Below are positions 34,949-35,512 of a DNA stretch of 35,512 nt, in pieces (positions within the stretch are counted from its first letter, which is position 1; each line of letters opens with the position of its first letter). Both the position numbers and the translations under genes were made by a program. Source of the DNA: a virus (lineage: Duplodnaviria > Caudoviricetes); IMG/VR virus record IMGVR_UViG_3300046170_000151, positions 1 through 35,512 of that record; one strand, written 5' to 3'. The notes under the pieces are model-generated. The model worked only from the letters and a program-made list of their open reading frames with translations, was not told the origin of the DNA and ran no database searches.

Positions 34949-35435
34949 AGTTGGCTAGTTCCTCCAGAGCCTCTCTGATGTGATCTTCAATCAAATCCTG
35001 CGCTTCAGCAGGGTTCTCAATGTCAGTTACTAACGTAGCTAACTTGCTTGGTATAGATAACAGCTTACCCTTGCAATCCATTAGGATAGATTCCCAATCA
35101 TGCAGTACATCATCTACCCGGACAAGCTCGCCAGACATCTCTAACACTTCCATCTCGGCTTTGTCCGCTTGCATCTTAGTCAAGCGAGCCTTTTCTTCGT
35201 GGAAGTCTAACACGCCCTCTGTACTTACCGCTGAAGCCTTATTCTTTAGCTTCTTCAGGTAGTTACGCATACTTGGTATGAGGTCATACACGCCGTAAAG
35301 CGGCTGAACCATTACTCCGTCCTTCTTATACTGAGTCAGCATAGTAGGCGTACAGTCCATGATCTCAAGCATTACGTCTGAATTGACGATCATTTGATCG
35401 CCCTGGATGTCAAATCTGGCTTTTTTCTTAGGCAT
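34866..35435 (-). CDS. terS: Terminase small subunit (Nu1-like)
   Basis: wHTH-like N-terminus, EKARLTKMQAD...GELV, LLSIPSKL; upstream of terL. Confidence 0.88.
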   Translation of the reverse strand: MPKKKARFDIQGDQMIVNSDVMLEIMDCTPTMLTQYKKDGVMVQPLYGVYDLIPSMRNYLKKLKNKASAVSTEGVLDFHEEKARLTKMQADKAEMEVLEMSGELVRVDDVLHDWESILMDCKGKLLSIPSKLATLVTDIENPAEAQDLIEDHIREALEELANYAAIRERQGNTTEGDGRTAASSEVDNL

Positions 35436-35441
35436 AAATCG

Positions 35442-35470
35442 ATTCTACCAATGATTTGGCTAAAGTGAAA
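35442..35470 (-). promoter_or_regulatory. Promoter for terS (extended -10, probably leaderless mRNA)
   Basis: TTTCAC, 17 bp ending TGG, TAGAAT(35447-35442), then 6 nt and ATG; no SD. Confidence 0.45.
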
Positions 35471-35500
35471 TTATTTTTTCTATCGCTACGCGGAACTCGC

Positions 35501-35512
35501 GGCGCGAAACAC
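35501..35512. repeat. 12-bp terminal direct repeat GGCGCGAAACAC (putative cosN), right copy
   Basis: Identical to 1-12. Confidence 0.8.

Noticed and set aside
11829-35262. Numerous plus-strand ORFs opposite lysis and structural genes (e.g. 11829-12221, 29995-30381, 30737-31102, 33104-33460)
   Set aside because: Shadow ORFs antisense to well-supported genes, Ser/Thr-rich, without SD.
1-35512. Alternative genetic code (stop reassignment)
   Set aside because: All conserved genes are full length in code 11; the two breaks are single-base frameshifts, not in-frame stops.

Overview
The window looks like one complete 35.5-kb lambda-like (siphovirus-type) phage genome, probably of a Gram-negative (likely gammaproteobacterial) host. 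The same 12-mer GGCGCGAAACAC sits at both ends, next to a lambda cosQ-identical GGGTCCT and just upstream of terS, so the ends are probably the physical cos ends. Layout: (1) 1-~3.1 kb, the predicted first-ejected end, is a compositionally distinct, palindrome-rich island. It carries a strong sigma70 promoter, small ORFs and a GP88-type radical-SAM-like gene, and is bracketed by a TAGGCC repeat cluster and a CCATGGGAT repeat array. (2) 3.2-7.5 kb (-): gpZ-like gene, SutA-like protein, stand-alone primase Zn-finger, SF2 helicase, SleB-type hydrolase. (3) 7.5-8.0 kb: a highly structured non-coding region with convergent sense/antisense promoters. (4) 8.1-11.8 kb (+): Erf, YqaJ exonuclease, SSB-like, HTH, NinG, DUF3310. 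(5) 11.8-14.5 kb (-): lysis genes (frameshifted T4-type lysozyme, holin with an overlapping lipoprotein) and a metallophosphoesterase. (6) 14.5-35.4 kb (-): tail fibre, tail, head and packaging genes. I saw no integrase, DNA polymerase, O/P-type initiator, catalytic primase, tRNA or CRISPR array. The most interesting signals are the leading-end island (possible two-step injection or anti-restriction system) and the antisense-controlled structured RNA upstream of a replication module with no catalytic primase. All family calls are motif recognition by eye and all counts are manual; no searches were run.
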